From the IMG/VR virus record IMGVR_UViG_3300042880_000331: a DNA stretch of 64,000 nt; one strand, given 5' to 3'. The notes below the pieces were generated by a model, which had not been told where the DNA came from, did not search any database, and saw nothing but the letters and a program-made list of their open reading frames with translations. The position numbers and the translations under genes are program-made. The stretch comes from an uncultured virus (IMG/VR IMGVR_UViG_3300042880_000331). Its lineage: Duplodnaviria; Heunggongvirae; Uroviricota; Caudoviricetes. Positions 63,313-64,000 of the stretch are shown here, piece after piece; position 1 is the stretch's first letter, and each line of letters opens with the position of its first letter.

Positions 63313-63453
63313 ATGCAACACATCAAAAACCACATTGCGCTTTACCTACTTTGTACCAAGTATCTTTACAATTGGTTGCCCAAAGCGTGCAGCTATGGTG
63401 CCTTAACCAAAACCAAAAAGGGTGACACCATGCAACCGCAACCACTCCGCTAA
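63313..63453 (+). CDS. Small hypothetical protein
   Basis: AAAGGGTTACACC-ATG leader. Confidence 0.4.
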   Translation: MQHIKNHIALYLLCTKYLYNWLPKACSYGALTKTKKGDTMQPQPLR

Positions 63454-63551
63454 CAGGGTGTAGCGTTTAGGGGGCGCCCAGCGTCCCCATTACGCTGCGC
63501 CTTAGCAGCTAACCCGGACCCGCTAGGGGTCCACCACTAGGAGAGACGACC

Positions 63552-64000
63552 ATGGAACTTTCGACCATGAACAAGGTTGCACTGCGCAATGCTTGCAAAA
63601 CTGCTCGCATTTCATACGGCGGGATGAACAACGACGCAATGCGCGATGCACTGCAGGCGCACTATGACACACTCACAGAAGCAACGCTGGACACACCGGC
63701 CGTGCAAGATGCGCCCCCGGCCGTGCAAGATGCGCCGAAACCCGCTAGCACCATGGAAGTGAGGGGAAAGGGGTTGAAAATCCAGGTCGACCGCATTGAG
63801 CGCAACGGGATTAAGCAGCCGAGCATCGGTGGCGCTTGCCGCAGCGTATGGGACGCCTGCACCGAGATGCAGGCGCTCGACCCCGCAACCCCGCTGAAGG
63901 TGAAACAGGTGAAAGCCCACTCACTGACGATGGGGTGGAACGAAAACAACGCGGTAATCGAGTTCTACCGCTGGAAGAAGTGGAGCGCACCGACCATGGA
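63552..64000 (+). CDS. Early protein (partial); small helical N-domain plus paralogous C-domain
   Basis: AGGAG RBS; MELSTMNKVALRNACK...ERNGIKQPSIGGACRSVWD...IEFYRWKKW; PAVQDAP tandem repeat. Confidence 0.7.
   Translation, partial: MELSTMNKVALRNACKTARISYGGMNNDAMRDALQAHYDTLTEATLDTPAVQDAPPAVQDAPKPASTMEVRGKGLKIQVDRIERNGIKQPSIGGACRSVWDACTEMQALDPATPLKVKQVKAHSLTMGWNENNAVIEFYRWKKWSAPTM

Noticed and set aside
1..64000. tRNA genes
   Set aside because: No cloverleaf with a convincing T-loop and acceptor stem seen in intergenic gaps; tRNAscan-SE would be needed to exclude them fully

Overview
The window is entirely phage DNA, with an alphaproteobacterial (Rhodobacteraceae-like) flavour, and appears to be two segments joined near 8960. 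Segment A (1-~8960) is the immunity and early region of a lambdoid temperate phage: cro/cI switch with four operators, SSB-like gene, ninB, NrdR-type Zn ribbon, Ref/DUF968-like nuclease and many small repeat-flanked genes. Segment B (~8960-64000) is a near-complete siphophage. Its plus-strand replication arm carries a primase-polymerase, RNase H, ligase, AAA ATPase, DUF669, Cas4-like nuclease, SF2 helicase, clamp and PolB. It also carries a 7-deazaguanine DNA-modification cluster (queE, queC, queD, folE, dpdA). The minus strand holds the virion and packaging arm, a fibre/adhesin cassette and a lysis cassette, followed by a divergent early region. The main discovery candidate is two extra, tightly coupled genes between queC and queD: a class-III PLP aminotransferase and a HAD-phosphatase::ArcS (DUF5591)-like fusion. 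No QueF, Gat-QueC or RaSEA gene is visible. This predicts that the phage makes its own amine and adds it to preQ0, giving an N-substituted archaeosine-type DNA base. All calls come from motif recognition by eye; no searches were run.
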